A stretch of 64,000 bases of DNA, from positions 672,001-736,000 of the forward strand of contig OZ250183.1 in assembly GCA_965238225.1 (NCBI GenBank). The letters run 5' to 3'. Numbering within the stretch: the stretch's first letter is position 1; every line of letters starts with the position of its first letter. Positions 30,004 through 40,118 of this stretch are shown piece after piece. The notes beneath the pieces were generated by a model. The model saw nothing but the letters and a program-made list of their open reading frames with translations, had not been told where the DNA came from and made no database searches. This DNA is from Gammaproteobacteria bacterium. Lineage in GTDB: Bacteria; Pseudomonadota; Gammaproteobacteria; Eutrophobiales; Eutrophobiaceae. A program made the position numbers and the translations under genes.

Positions 30004-30624
30004 TTTGCATATCATATTTTTAAATATGACGCATATATTAAATATGATGCATATAGTGTAGTTACTAATATTTTCCTTAGAAAGAAAAACCATGTGCGGT
30101 TTATGCTCTCGGTTGCAGCGTGGGATTTTCTATAGCTTCGCAAGGCGATTAGTTATTCGTTAATCAAGTCATCTTTCGCCATGCTCAATTATGCGTTGCG
30201 CACGTGGCAGCTGAATAATATTTTATAGCTAATTACTCTAATTATTATTCCAGCGAGATGCTCATTATGCTCATTTGGCGACAGGTACGCGGACTCACTT
30301 GGGAGTACAATTGACATGGAAGTTAGTGCCAAGTCTTATGGCTGGATGAACTGTAAATACCAGCAAACAAAGGTCGTTTCTACCCGAATCTTGGGCAAAA
30401 GGATGCCACAAACCAGCAATAAATAGCCTTAAAAGCCAGATGAGAGTTAGTTTTAAGATTGAATTTGAGTGATTTGCAGGTTTGGTTGGCTCTATTTTGG
30501 TGATTGTTTCGGCATACCTCTTAGATGCTTGATTATTATTGTATCATCAAGCACTGATTCAATTATATAATTGCAGGTTTGGCGGTGCTATTGAGGTGAA
30601 GGTGAAAAATAAGAATTTAAGAGT

Positions 30625-32988
30625 ATGTCTGAAAAAGTAGAACAATTCTCAGAAGTTATCAAGAAACTCATCCCAATTAGCGACTTGTCGCCAAGCGCAC
30701 AAAATGATGTGATTGGGTTTGCTACACTCCTTCAGCTTAAAAAGAAGAAGTTCCTCTTTAAGGAAGGTGATAGAGATAATTACTCTTATTATATTTTAGC
30801 AGGTGAGTTGGAATTGATCGCCAATAAACAAGTTCAGAGCACAATCATATTTGGCAGTGACAATGCTAGATATGCAATTTCACAACTGCAACCAAGACAA
30901 TTTTCTGCCAAAGCAAAAACCCCTGTCACAATTTTAAGGTTAGATAGAGATATGCTGGACAGGTTAATGGTGCACGAAGGAAATCAAGGAGTGGATGCAA
31001 CAGGGGCGGATATCAAAATAGGAGTCAGTGAGATTGAAGAAGAAGATTCTGGCGATTGGATGACGAAAATATTGCAGTCAGGATTATTTTCTCAATTGCC
31101 GATGGCTAATATCCAGCAGATGTTTATTTGTCTCAACGCTATTGAATTTAATGCGGGTGATACAGTAATAAAACAAGGAGAACCGGGTGACCATTATTAC
31201 ATCGTTGGAGAAGGGTCTTGCAAAGTTACGAGAGTCCCCAGAGAGGGAGAAAAACCAGTTAAGTTAGGTGAGTTATCGGCAGGTGATGCTTTTGGCGAAG
31301 AAGCATTATTGACTGGCTCCACCAGAAATTCCACAGTTACAATGTTATCAAGCGGTGTTTTGATGCAGTTGAGCAAAGATCTTTTTATGAACCTGATCAA
31401 AAAGCCATTATCAAGCCCAATTTCTTTTAACAAAGCTCAAAAACTTATTGATGAAGGTGGAAAATGGGTGGATGTGCGATTTCCCAAAGAGTATGCAGTA
31501 TCAAATATAGAAAATAGCATCAATATTCCTTTGAATATTTTGCGTCCTCAATTAGATAAATTTAACAAAGATACTTATTACGTTGTCTGTTGCGATACGG
31601 GCAGTAGGAGTTCTGCTGCAGCATTCATATTAATGCAAGAAGGATTTAGTGTTTCCTATCTTGGTGGTGGTTTTGTCTCCAATCATAAAATTTCCCTTAA
31701 AAAAGATCCGTCTACGGATACTGCGCCACCAGAAAAACGAGAAAAGACCCCTGAAAAGACTCCTAGAAAAACTCCTAGAAAAACTCCTGGAAAAACTCCT
31801 GAAAAAACTCCTGGAAAAACTCTTGGAGAAACTCTTGGAAAGATTCCTGAAAAAATTATTGAAGAGCTTGATCAGACCATTGACAGAGTTGCCGATCCAG
31901 TAGTCAAGGTGTCCATACTAGAAGCAGAATTAGCCAAAAACAAGATAGATATTGAAAAATCAAATAAGAAACAACAACAAGAAAGTGAAGAGTTAAATAA
32001 GAAACAAAGAGAAGCTATCGCAGCTGAAAGAAAGAAACTTGAGCAGGAAAAAATTGAAATAGAAGAACAAAAAAAACTGGCTGATAAAGAAGCAAAGGAG
32101 AAACTCAAGGAAGAAGAGGAAAGAATTAAGAGATTTGAACAAGAGGCTAAAGCTAAAATTCAGAAAGAGAAAAAGAATCTTGAGGAACTTTATGTCAGAA
32201 ATACTGAAAAAATGAAGAAACTTCAGGAGGAGAAAGCCAGAGAAGAAGCTAAAACTAAGAAGGCACAAGAACAACAAGACAACACCCAAGAAGCAAAAAT
32301 AGAAATTGAAGCAGCAGCAGAAAAGCGGCGAATAAAACAATCTGAACTAGAAAAGAAAGCCGAAGCTAAGGTCAAGCAGTTGCTGGAAGAAGAGAAGAGT
32401 AAGCTTGCTGGAAGATTAGTACAGATAAACAAAGAACTAGAACAGGCAAAACGAGACAGGATGATTTCTGGAGCAGCTCGCAACGCTGCAAAAGAAGAAG
32501 CTGCAAAAATTATCGATGAATATAAAGTCCACTCTACACAAGGTGAGGAGGGAGTTGAAACTTCGCTGAAGTCCGAAAGTGTGGAGTTAGAAAAAGAAGC
32601 GCAACAAGTCAAGGATAGACTAGATAATACTCATAGAAACAAGGAGACAGTAGAAGCAGGAAAAGCTCTGGAAGATGTGCAACATGAAGAAAAAATTGCA
32701 AAAATTGCAGAAGAAGAAAATATGGAAAGTATCCTAGGACAGACAGCGAAAGAAGAAGTAAAATTCAATGAACAAATGGCAGCAGAACTTGATAATTGGA
32801 AAAAACAAGAAAACAAAAAGCAGGAACAATTTTTGGCAAAAGAATCTCAATTGGAGAGAATTAGGAGAATTACGGAACGCGCAGAAGCCGCAAAGAAAAA
32901 GCAAGAAGAGACTGTCGAAAATTTATTCGCTGAGATTTCAGCACAGATTAGTGATGACAGTCATCGTAAATTGATAGATTCAGACTAG
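30625..32988 (+). CDS. Two cNMP-binding domains, a rhodanese domain and a long charged coiled-coil tail
   Basis: LFKEGD..YYILAGELEL; IKQGEPGDHYYIVGEG...FGEEALL...RNSTV; VDVR...CDTGSRSSAAAFILMQEGF; E/K-rich C-terminal half. Confidence 0.75.
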   Translation: MSEKVEQFSEVIKKLIPISDLSPSAQNDVIGFATLLQLKKKKFLFKEGDRDNYSYYILAGELELIANKQVQSTIIFGSDNARYAISQLQPRQFSAKAKTPVTILRLDRDMLDRLMVHEGNQGVDATGADIKIGVSEIEEEDSGDWMTKILQSGLFSQLPMANIQQMFICLNAIEFNAGDTVIKQGEPGDHYYIVGEGSCKVTRVPREGEKPVKLGELSAGDAFGEEALLTGSTRNSTVTMLSSGVLMQLSKDLFMNLIKKPLSSPISFNKAQKLIDEGGKWVDVRFPKEYAVSNIENSINIPLNILRPQLDKFNKDTYYVVCCDTGSRSSAAAFILMQEGFSVSYLGGGFVSNHKISLKKDPSTDTAPPEKREKTPEKTPRKTPRKTPGKTPEKTPGKTLGETLGKIPEKIIEELDQTIDRVADPVVKVSILEAELAKNKIDIEKSNKKQQQESEELNKKQREAIAAERKKLEQEKIEIEEQKKLADKEAKEKLKEEEERIKRFEQEAKAKIQKEKKNLEELYVRNTEKMKKLQEEKAREEAKTKKAQEQQDNTQEAKIEIEAAAEKRRIKQSELEKKAEAKVKQLLEEEKSKLAGRLVQINKELEQAKRDRMISGAARNAAKEEAAKIIDEYKVHSTQGEEGVETSLKSESVELEKEAQQVKDRLDNTHRNKETVEAGKALEDVQHEEKIAKIAEEENMESILGQTAKEEVKFNEQMAAELDNWKKQENKKQEQFLAKESQLERIRRITERAEAAKKKQEETVENLFAEISAQISDDSHRKLIDSD
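31741..31854 (+). repeat. In-frame 12-bp tandem repeat (about 9 copies; KTP[E/R/G])
   Basis: AAAACTCCTAGA/AAAACTCCTGGA variants. Confidence 0.8.
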
Positions 32989-33038
32989 TCCGTACAAAAT
33001 TTGTTATTTAATTCAATATTCTTGAAGAGGGCGTTAGT

Positions 33039-33588
33039 ATGAATGATCGTATTGCCATGCGGGTGGGAGAGGCATTGGTTACAGGCAGACCACTAGGTAC
33101 TGCAGCTGAGCCGGGAAATCATCATCGGCGAACTAGATGGCTCATTTGGCACAGCATTTGCGAATCTACTAGGCGATCAATTCAAAGGCCATACACGTGT
33201 TCTTGCTATTATGAATACTGACATCATGGTCAGACCATCAACCTTAATGGTCAGTAAGGTAACAGTCAATAATGAGCGATACACAAATATCCTGATGGGG
33301 ACTGTGTAAGGTGCAATTGCAAATGGTGTGCTTGATGCGGTTAGGAATAGTGATATCCCAAAAGAAAAAGCTAATGATTTAGGAATTATTATATCTGTCT
33401 GGTTAAGCCCCTCCGTCGCAACAGATGATAATCTTGATCATAAAATTTTATTTGATGTTCACCGTAAGGCAACTACTGCAGCAATACATAAGGCAATGAA
33501 TAATGAACCTAGCGTAGATTGGCTGTTGGAAAATCAAGATAAGATTATCCATAAGTATTATCAGATGGGATTGGATGGAAAAATATAA
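33039..33588 (+). pseudogene. fae: Formaldehyde-activating enzyme (Fae-family homologue) pseudogene
   Basis: MRVGEALV...AAEP/EIIIGELDG.FGTAFANLLGDQ.KGHTRVLAIMNTD.MVRP.TLMVSKVTV...MGTV*GAIANGVLDAVR..DIPK; extra G at 33113-33115 and in-frame TAA at 33307. Confidence 0.8.
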
Positions 33589-33722
33589 TTTTAATATCAA
33601 AATATAACCTCTTTTTTGGATTATTATTTAATAGGATTATTCACAAATAATAAATAACTGAAATTCGATGCGCGAAAACATGCGTTTTTTAAACGACTGA
33701 AACAGTAAGAGCTTTCAGTTTT

Positions 33723-34559
33723 TCAAATAGCCCAATTTTTCCAGATAGGTGTGACTGACTCTGGCATAGCAGCCAGTTGGCCTAGTTTAACCCGAGTGTT
33801 GTCAAATCCGTGAAAATCAGAACCTGCAGATCCAAGTAGCTTGAAGCGGTTAGCAAAAGCTGCAGTAGTAATTATCTCATCCACGTTTGAACTCCCGGTA
33901 ACAACTTCAATACCAGCACCGCCAGATTCTTTGAATGCCAGAAGGAATTTTCTAAGCCATGCGGTAGTTATTTTGTAGCGCATCGGGTGAGCAAATATTG
34001 CTTCACCGCCTGCATCTTTGAGGAGCTTTACGCCTTTTGCCATTTCAATCCAGCTTGTCTTAACAAACCCAGGTTTGTTGCGGATCAGATATTTTTTGAA
34101 AACTTCTTTTGTGTCTTTAGCAAATCCCTGTTTTATAAGGACGCGGGCAAAATGGCTGCGCGTAAGTGTACTGGCACCTGCCAGCTCTCTGGCTTCATAA
34201 TAAGCCTTTGAGACACCAATTTTGTCTAGTTTTTTACCCATTTCAACTGCCCGTTGTTGCCGTAATTCTTTAGTTTTTTTGAGAGACTCTTTTAATCTCT
34301 TGTTATCTGCATCTATATCAAGACCCACAATATGAAAATTCTTATCCATCCATGAAACGGAGAGTTCAATGCCTGAAAATAACTTGATGTTTTGTTTGTA
34401 TGCTTCATTTCCAGCTTCAGCAATACCTTCTATCGTATCGTGATCAGTTACCGCCAGAACATCTACACCATTGGTTTTTGCTTCAATAACTAATGCTTTT
34501 GGTGAAAGCTCTCCATCTGAAGCCGTTGTGTGCGTGTGTAGATCATAGACAACGCTCAT
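33723..34559 (-). CDS. PHP-domain protein (YciV/TrpH-like)
   Basis: DLHTHTTASDG, TDHD, AHP and GSDFHG motifs. Confidence 0.9.
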   Translation of the reverse strand: MSVVYDLHTHTTASDGELSPKALVIEAKTNGVDVLAVTDHDTIEGIAEAGNEAYKQNIKLFSGIELSVSWMDKNFHIVGLDIDADNKRLKESLKKTKELRQQRAVEMGKKLDKIGVSKAYYEARELAGASTLTRSHFARVLIKQGFAKDTKEVFKKYLIRNKPGFVKTSWIEMAKGVKLLKDAGGEAIFAHPMRYKITTAWLRKFLLAFKESGGAGIEVVTGSSNVDEIITTAAFANRFKLLGSAGSDFHGFDNTRVKLGQLAAMPESVTPIWKNWAI

Positions 34560-34568
34560 AATAGCTCC

Positions 34569-35051
34569 TCAATCTCTAAAATTTGTGTATTGCAGTGGCA
34601 ATGAGATATCTGCATCTTTAAATAGAGCCATCACAGCCTGCAGATCATCCCGTTTTTTGCCAGTGACACGAACTTGTTTTCCTTGGATGGTGCTTTGAAC
34701 TTTAAGTTTTGATGTCTTTACCAGTTCGGTAATTTTTTTTGTTAGTTCTCTATCCAATCCCTGTTGTATAATAATAATTTGTTTTGCTTCATTATTTGAT
34801 TCTTTGATATCACCTCTATCTAGACAGCCAGTATCAATTTTTCTTTTTGCCAATTTATTTTGTAATATATTAAATATTTGTTCTATTTGGAATTCTGCTG
34901 GAGCAGTCAAGGTCATTTCTGCATCCTTGCGAACAACACGTGAATTACTACCCTTGAAATCAAAACGGGTAGAGACTTCCCTGTTCGTCTGATCAACGGC
35001 ATTTGAGAGTTCATGCATATTGACCTCTGAGACAACATCGAATGAAGGCAT
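34569..35051 (-). CDS. yajQ: YajQ family nucleotide-binding protein
   Basis: MPSFDVVSEV...RFDFKG...RVTGKKRDDLQ...NFRD. Confidence 0.95.
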   Translation of the reverse strand: MPSFDVVSEVNMHELSNAVDQTNREVSTRFDFKGSNSRVVRKDAEMTLTAPAEFQIEQIFNILQNKLAKRKIDTGCLDRGDIKESNNEAKQIIIIQQGLDRELTKKITELVKTSKLKVQSTIQGKQVRVTGKKRDDLQAVMALFKDADISLPLQYTNFRD

Positions 35052-35426
35052 TGTGGTTTCCTCGACAATTGTTAATTTTGGCTACTTAATTCGCGCAGTA
35101 TAGCAATTATTTAGGAAGTATTTCAGCCAACATCATTGTATAGAATAATTTGTTCAATCAGGACAAAGAAGCTAGATATAATCGATGCCTTTTCCGGTAA
35201 AAGCGACGGAACCTCAGTATCTATCATAAATATTCTGCAAATTTTTTAGCATTATCTGAAGTACATAGGTATGTACCGACCGTTTTATATGGCGAGCAAG
35301 TGAGTTGCACTTACAAAGTGTAATGCATGTCCTATGTAACGCAATACTTTTATTCGTTAGTTGTAGCATTCTTTGCCTACAATATGCGTTACATTTTTTT
35401 GTATGGCAATTTCATGTAAATTCAAA

Positions 35427-36482
35427 TTATTTTTTCCAGGATTTTGGCTTGATAATTGCGCGCTTAAATGCAGGTGTCATGATCTCAATAAAATCATCTT
35501 TATTGCGGACAATAAAAAGGGCAGCAAGATTTTTTTTGAGCGCTAATTCGAAACCACGCGCTGAGCCAAGTATAAGCAGAGCGGTGGCTATGGCATCTGC
35601 TGCCATGGTTGAAGGATGCAAAACTGTTACTGAAGCGAGTTTATGTGTGATTGGTTTTCCCGTCATTGGGTCAATGGTATGTGAGTAGCGAACATCGTTT
35701 ACTTCAAAATAATTACGGTAATCACCTGATGTCGCCATGCCGGCATTATCCAAAGCGATGACAATTTGCGCGGTACTCTTACCATCTAAGGGGTTTTCAA
35801 TACCGATATGCCATATTTTATTGTTTGGATTATTGCCTTTAGTTTTTATTTCTCCACCAATTTCAACCATGTAATTATTGATACTTAACTCATCAAGGTA
35901 AGCGGCAATCATGTCAACAGCATAGCCTTTTGCGATGGCCGAAAGATCAATATACAGATTTGGCTTGTCTTTTTTCATTGCATAAGGTTGTGTGCGCAAA
36001 TGGATATATTGAGATCCAACTTTATCAAGCGCTTTCTCAATTGTTGCTTGGTTTGGGATGATATTGGACTGCGTTTTCGGACCAAAACCCCAGAGATTAA
36101 CGACAGAACCTACGGTAATATCAAAGGCATGATGACTTAGCTTATTTATCCTTAAGGCTTCTTTGATTACCGTATAAAGGCCGGCTGGAATTTCTTGCCA
36201 GTCCTGAGTTCTTGACTGATTGAAGATGGAAAGGGCAGATGTTTTTATGTAGGTAGACATTTGAGAATTTATTTTATCCAGTCGAGAGTTAATTCCTTTT
36301 GAAATTGTATCGTGATCTATATTCGTATTGGCACCGTGCATTTTGATTGTGTATGTCGTGCCCATGGTAAAGCCTGATAAAACGAATGGCTGTTTATATT
36401 CAGGTGGAGTTCCACATGCATACAGGCCTGTGAAAAATGAGAATAGAATAAGATTTTTGAAGAAATGATCTGAAAGACCCAT
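35427..36482 (-). CDS. apbE: FAD:protein FMN transferase ApbE (lipoprotein); real start likely near 36482-36491 rather than 36686
   Basis: LYAC lipobox; TMGTTY, DLSAIAKGY, ATSGDYRN and HTIDP motifs. Confidence 0.9.
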   Translation of the reverse strand: MGLSDHFFKNLILFSFFTGLYACGTPPEYKQPFVLSGFTMGTTYTIKMHGANTNIDHDTISKGINSRLDKINSQMSTYIKTSALSIFNQSRTQDWQEIPAGLYTVIKEALRINKLSHHAFDITVGSVVNLWGFGPKTQSNIIPNQATIEKALDKVGSQYIHLRTQPYAMKKDKPNLYIDLSAIAKGYAVDMIAAYLDELSINNYMVEIGGEIKTKGNNPNNKIWHIGIENPLDGKSTAQIVIALDNAGMATSGDYRNYFEVNDVRYSHTIDPMTGKPITHKLASVTVLHPSTMAADAIATALLILGSARGFELALKKNLAALFIVRNKDDFIEIMTPAFKRAIIKPKSWKK

Positions 36483-36844
36483 ATTCATCATGACTTTACA
36501 CCTTATCCCCAAGGAAACCAGCCAACTGGGTTGTGTGTATGTTGTATCAAATAAGGTGAATCTTCTAGAATCAACCAATTGGTATAGATGACTTGCCCTT
36601 GAACAGGGATGTAACGAGTTTTTGGTAAATAGTCTTTTTCTGGCGCTGGATAGCGTTATTAAGCTGATATTCAAGCTTGTTGCCATGAGTATCTAGCCCT
36701 AGGCAGTATCTTTGCAAGGCCTAAATGGGCGCAAGAGAAAATAAATATATAAATTATTGGGATTAATCTCAGGATTAATCGTAGGATCATAAGTGTCAAA
36801 TCGTTAGGATGTTAGACAAGCAAGAATAGCATAACAACACAAAT

Positions 36845-38293
36845 ATGAACTACAAAAACGATAAAACAGAACGTCAAAAAAATATTCGACTATTATTGCT
36901 ATCTATTTTCTGCATATTAGTGTTTTCTGCTTGCGACAATCAAAATACGATTATTGAACAAATTCGTGAATCTGGTGAGTTACGGTTTGCCACTGTAGAA
37001 AGTCCATTGACGTATTTTAAAGGTTCAAGCGGGGAAGCCGAAGGCCTCGAATACGAATTGGCCAGTATGTTTGCTGACAGACTGGATGTTGATTTGAATT
37101 TGCTTGTTGCAAAAAACAAGCATGATGTGACTTCACTTGTTACTAATAATAAAACTCATATCGGTGCATCTGCATTATCTGGATACCCTGATAATACACT
37201 TGAATATGGTTTCGTCTATATCACGGCAAAGAGGCAACTTATTTATAATCAGAAAAATATAAAACCGAAATCAATTGCATTCCTTAAAGATGAGAAGATC
37301 GTTATAGTCGAAGATAAATCCCATCAAACGCTGTTAAGAAAAACAGGTTCTTCTTATCCAGATATCACTGAGCGTATGATTGAAAATAAAAGCATGATTG
37401 AAATTTTTAAGATGGTTAATGATAATATCATGTCAACTGCAGTGGTAGATTCTAATTGGGCAGATATGTATCGTTATCTCTTTCCTGAAGTCAGGGTTGC
37501 TTTTGACATTACGGGAGAATTACCTGTTGCATGGATATACAGGCGCAATAATGATCGATCCTTGCATGAGGAGATCAGAAAATTCTTTAATGAAATTAAT
37601 GAAAATGGCTCATTGGATAAATTAATTAGTCGTTATTATAAGCATGCTAAATTATTTGACTATATTGATACGCGCGTGTTTATAGAGAGTATTCGTCACA
37701 GATTACCGAAATTTAAGAAGCTATTCATGAAATCAACTAGGGGAATGGATCTGGATTGGAATCTCTTAGCAGCAATGAGCTATCAGGAATCTCATTGGAA
37801 TCCAAATGCAAAATCTCCCACAGGTGTACGAGGATTGATGATGTTAACAATAGACACAGCTAAATCGTTGGGCGTTGAAAACAGGCTTGATCCAGAACAA
37901 AGTATTTTAGGTGGTGCACGTTACTTGATTAGGATGAAAAATAGAATACCGAAAAATATTCAGGGTGAGGATAGATTGTGGTTTGCACTTGCTGCCTATA
38001 ATGTTGGTTTTGGACATCTGCAAGATGCTAGGAAATTAACCAAGTCTCAAGGCGGTGATCCGAATAAGTGGCTAGATGTAAAAGAAAAATTACCATTACT
38101 GGCAGTTAAGAAGTGGTATAAAAAAACTGATTATGGCTATGCCAGAGGGAAAGAACCTGTGAATTATGTAAGAAATATTCAGCGTTATTATAACATTTTA
38201 AAATGGAAAAATGCTGAGGCTAAAAGAGTTGTTCGACAAAAAAAGATAATAGAGAATAAAGTATTGCCAATCATAAAATCTCTAGCATTATAA
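36845..38293 (+). CDS. mltF: Membrane-bound lytic murein transglycosylase MltF
   Basis: Solute-binding N-domain plus YQESHW, SPTGVRGLMMLT, AYNVG and YGYARG.EPV.YV. Confidence 0.92.
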   Translation: MNYKNDKTERQKNIRLLLLSIFCILVFSACDNQNTIIEQIRESGELRFATVESPLTYFKGSSGEAEGLEYELASMFADRLDVDLNLLVAKNKHDVTSLVTNNKTHIGASALSGYPDNTLEYGFVYITAKRQLIYNQKNIKPKSIAFLKDEKIVIVEDKSHQTLLRKTGSSYPDITERMIENKSMIEIFKMVNDNIMSTAVVDSNWADMYRYLFPEVRVAFDITGELPVAWIYRRNNDRSLHEEIRKFFNEINENGSLDKLISRYYKHAKLFDYIDTRVFIESIRHRLPKFKKLFMKSTRGMDLDWNLLAAMSYQESHWNPNAKSPTGVRGLMMLTIDTAKSLGVENRLDPEQSILGGARYLIRMKNRIPKNIQGEDRLWFALAAYNVGFGHLQDARKLTKSQGGDPNKWLDVKEKLPLLAVKKWYKKTDYGYARGKEPVNYVRNIQRYYNILKWKNAEAKRVVRQKKIIENKVLPIIKSLAL

Positions 38294-38442
38294 TTATTCA
38301 TATATTGAATATTCATTAATATTATTCATTAGACCATTTATTTTAGAATGTCTTGGTCATAATTATCACCTTGAGAAATTTTTTTGATTTCAAATAAAAG
38401 ATATTTAATTTTGGAGTTTTTTGATTTATACGCAAGCGATAT

Positions 38443-38999
38443 CTATGCATACGCTTGAACATAATCCTTTGTCACCCTAAATCCTCTTGCTAAATGGATT
38501 GCCACGGCACATTGAGCTTTAAAATGTCTTTGTTTCGCCGCTTTCTTCTTATCTGTTTTGATGCCAAGTTCTTGCAGATATATATTTCTCAATTGGCAAT
38601 TTACTCTGTAAAAGCCTTTGCGTAATCCCTTTTTTTGTAGCAATGCCCCGTTGATAACACAAGGCCAAAATTTATTTTGGCATCACCATTACTTTCATTT
38701 GCAGATAAAAAGAACCAGTGAGATGTTTATGAATCATTCCGTGTCACACCTTTGTTTATTAAAATATTGTCCTGACTGATTCTGAGTTTTTGTTGACTCC
38801 ATTTGCGCCGTTTTATGGCACCAAATATATATCAAAATTAAGAGAAATATACACACCAAAGCCACGCTCATATAAATCTGCAAGACCACGTTGAGCACCA
38901 ATATCACCTGAACCAGCATTAGAAATAGTTATATTATGCCTGTTGGCATACTTTTAAGCAGTTTGGATATGATCATCCAATCATTTGTCTATTTTTCAT
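38443..38999 (-). pseudogene. Decayed Sel1-repeat (SLR) protein
   Basis: Fragments in different frames: AGSGDIGAQRGLADLYERGFGV; SNGDAQNK; NIYLQELGIKTDKKKAAK; AQCAVAIHLARGFRVTKDYVQAYA*. Confidence 0.55.
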
Positions 39000-39052
39000 G
39001 TTTCAGCAAACCGCTTTACTGTTATTCATAAACACCTGATAGAATTATACTT

Positions 39053-40057
39053 ATGGATGAAACAAAAGAGATTGATTCTTTTCAAAATCTTGGCCCAGAT
39101 GAGATTCTGAATGCGATTGAAAGTATCGGATTAGAATGTGATGGTCATGTTTTTGCGTTAAATAGTTATGAAAACAGGGTTTATCAGATTGGCATTAATG
39201 AATCTGAACCTGTCATTGCCAAATTTTATCGACCAGCACGATGGTCGGACGAAGCCATTAAGGAAGAACAGCAATTTACAATCCAGTTAACTGAATGTGA
39301 AATCCCAGTGGTTGCGCCGATTTTTGATAAAAAAAGCGAAACCTTATATAGGCACAAAAATTTCCGTTTCTCACTATATCCCCGCAAGGGCGGACGTCCC
39401 CCGGAACTAGATAACCCCGAACACCTGAAACAATTTGGTCGATTTATAGCACGAATTCATAATATTGGTGCAGTTGAGCCATATCAATACAGACCGACAC
39501 TAGAGCCTGAAAGCTTTGGCACTGACTGCAATATTTATTTGCTTGAGAATGGATTTATACCGATTGAGTTAGTCACGGCATATCGGACACTGACCGAAGA
39601 TGTAATGAAAAGAATTTATCAATGTTACGATCGAGCAGGAGATGTCAGTGCTATTCGATTACATGGCGATTGTCATTATGGCAATATCCTTTGGCGAGAT
39701 GACATTCCTTTCATTCTTGATTTCGATGATGCTCGGATGGGCCCAGCGGTTCAGGATTTGTGGATGTTTTTGTCAGGTGATAGAGAGTACATGACCGAGC
39801 GACTTACTGATTTACTAGAAGGCTATTCTGAATTCCGTGATTTTAATGTTAGAGAATTGTATTTAATTGAAGCGCTTAGGTCACTCAGGATAATGTATCA
39901 CGCAGCATGGTTAGCGCGTCGATGGCATGACCCCGCCTTTCCTATGGCGTTCCCATATTTTAATACCCAACAGTATTGGGAAGATCATATACTGAGTTTA
40001 CGTGAACAAACAGCATTGATGGATGAACCACCACTGCAGTGGGACAACTTCTATTAG
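39053..40057 (+). CDS. srkA: Stress response Ser/Thr kinase SrkA (RdoA/YihE)
   Basis: LNSYENRVY, KFYRPARWS, RLHGDCH.GN and DFDDARMGPAVQDLWM. Confidence 0.93.
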   Translation: MDETKEIDSFQNLGPDEILNAIESIGLECDGHVFALNSYENRVYQIGINESEPVIAKFYRPARWSDEAIKEEQQFTIQLTECEIPVVAPIFDKKSETLYRHKNFRFSLYPRKGGRPPELDNPEHLKQFGRFIARIHNIGAVEPYQYRPTLEPESFGTDCNIYLLENGFIPIELVTAYRTLTEDVMKRIYQCYDRAGDVSAIRLHGDCHYGNILWRDDIPFILDFDDARMGPAVQDLWMFLSGDREYMTERLTDLLEGYSEFRDFNVRELYLIEALRSLRIMYHAAWLARRWHDPAFPMAFPYFNTQQYWEDHILSLREQTALMDEPPLQWDNFY

Positions 40058-40118
40058 AGTCCTGAAGAAGGATATCAGATACCTAAAAGACGCTCGAATA
40101 CAGGATAAAAACAAGACA

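Noticed and set aside
31649-32816. Several overlapping ORFs with Leu-, Phe- or Ser-rich sequence
   Set aside because: They are shadows of the low-complexity repeat and coiled-coil region of the 787-aa gene.
36483-36686. N-terminal extension of ApbE in the ORF track
   Set aside because: The lipoprotein signal and lipobox fit a start near 36482-36491; the extension looks like chance open frame.
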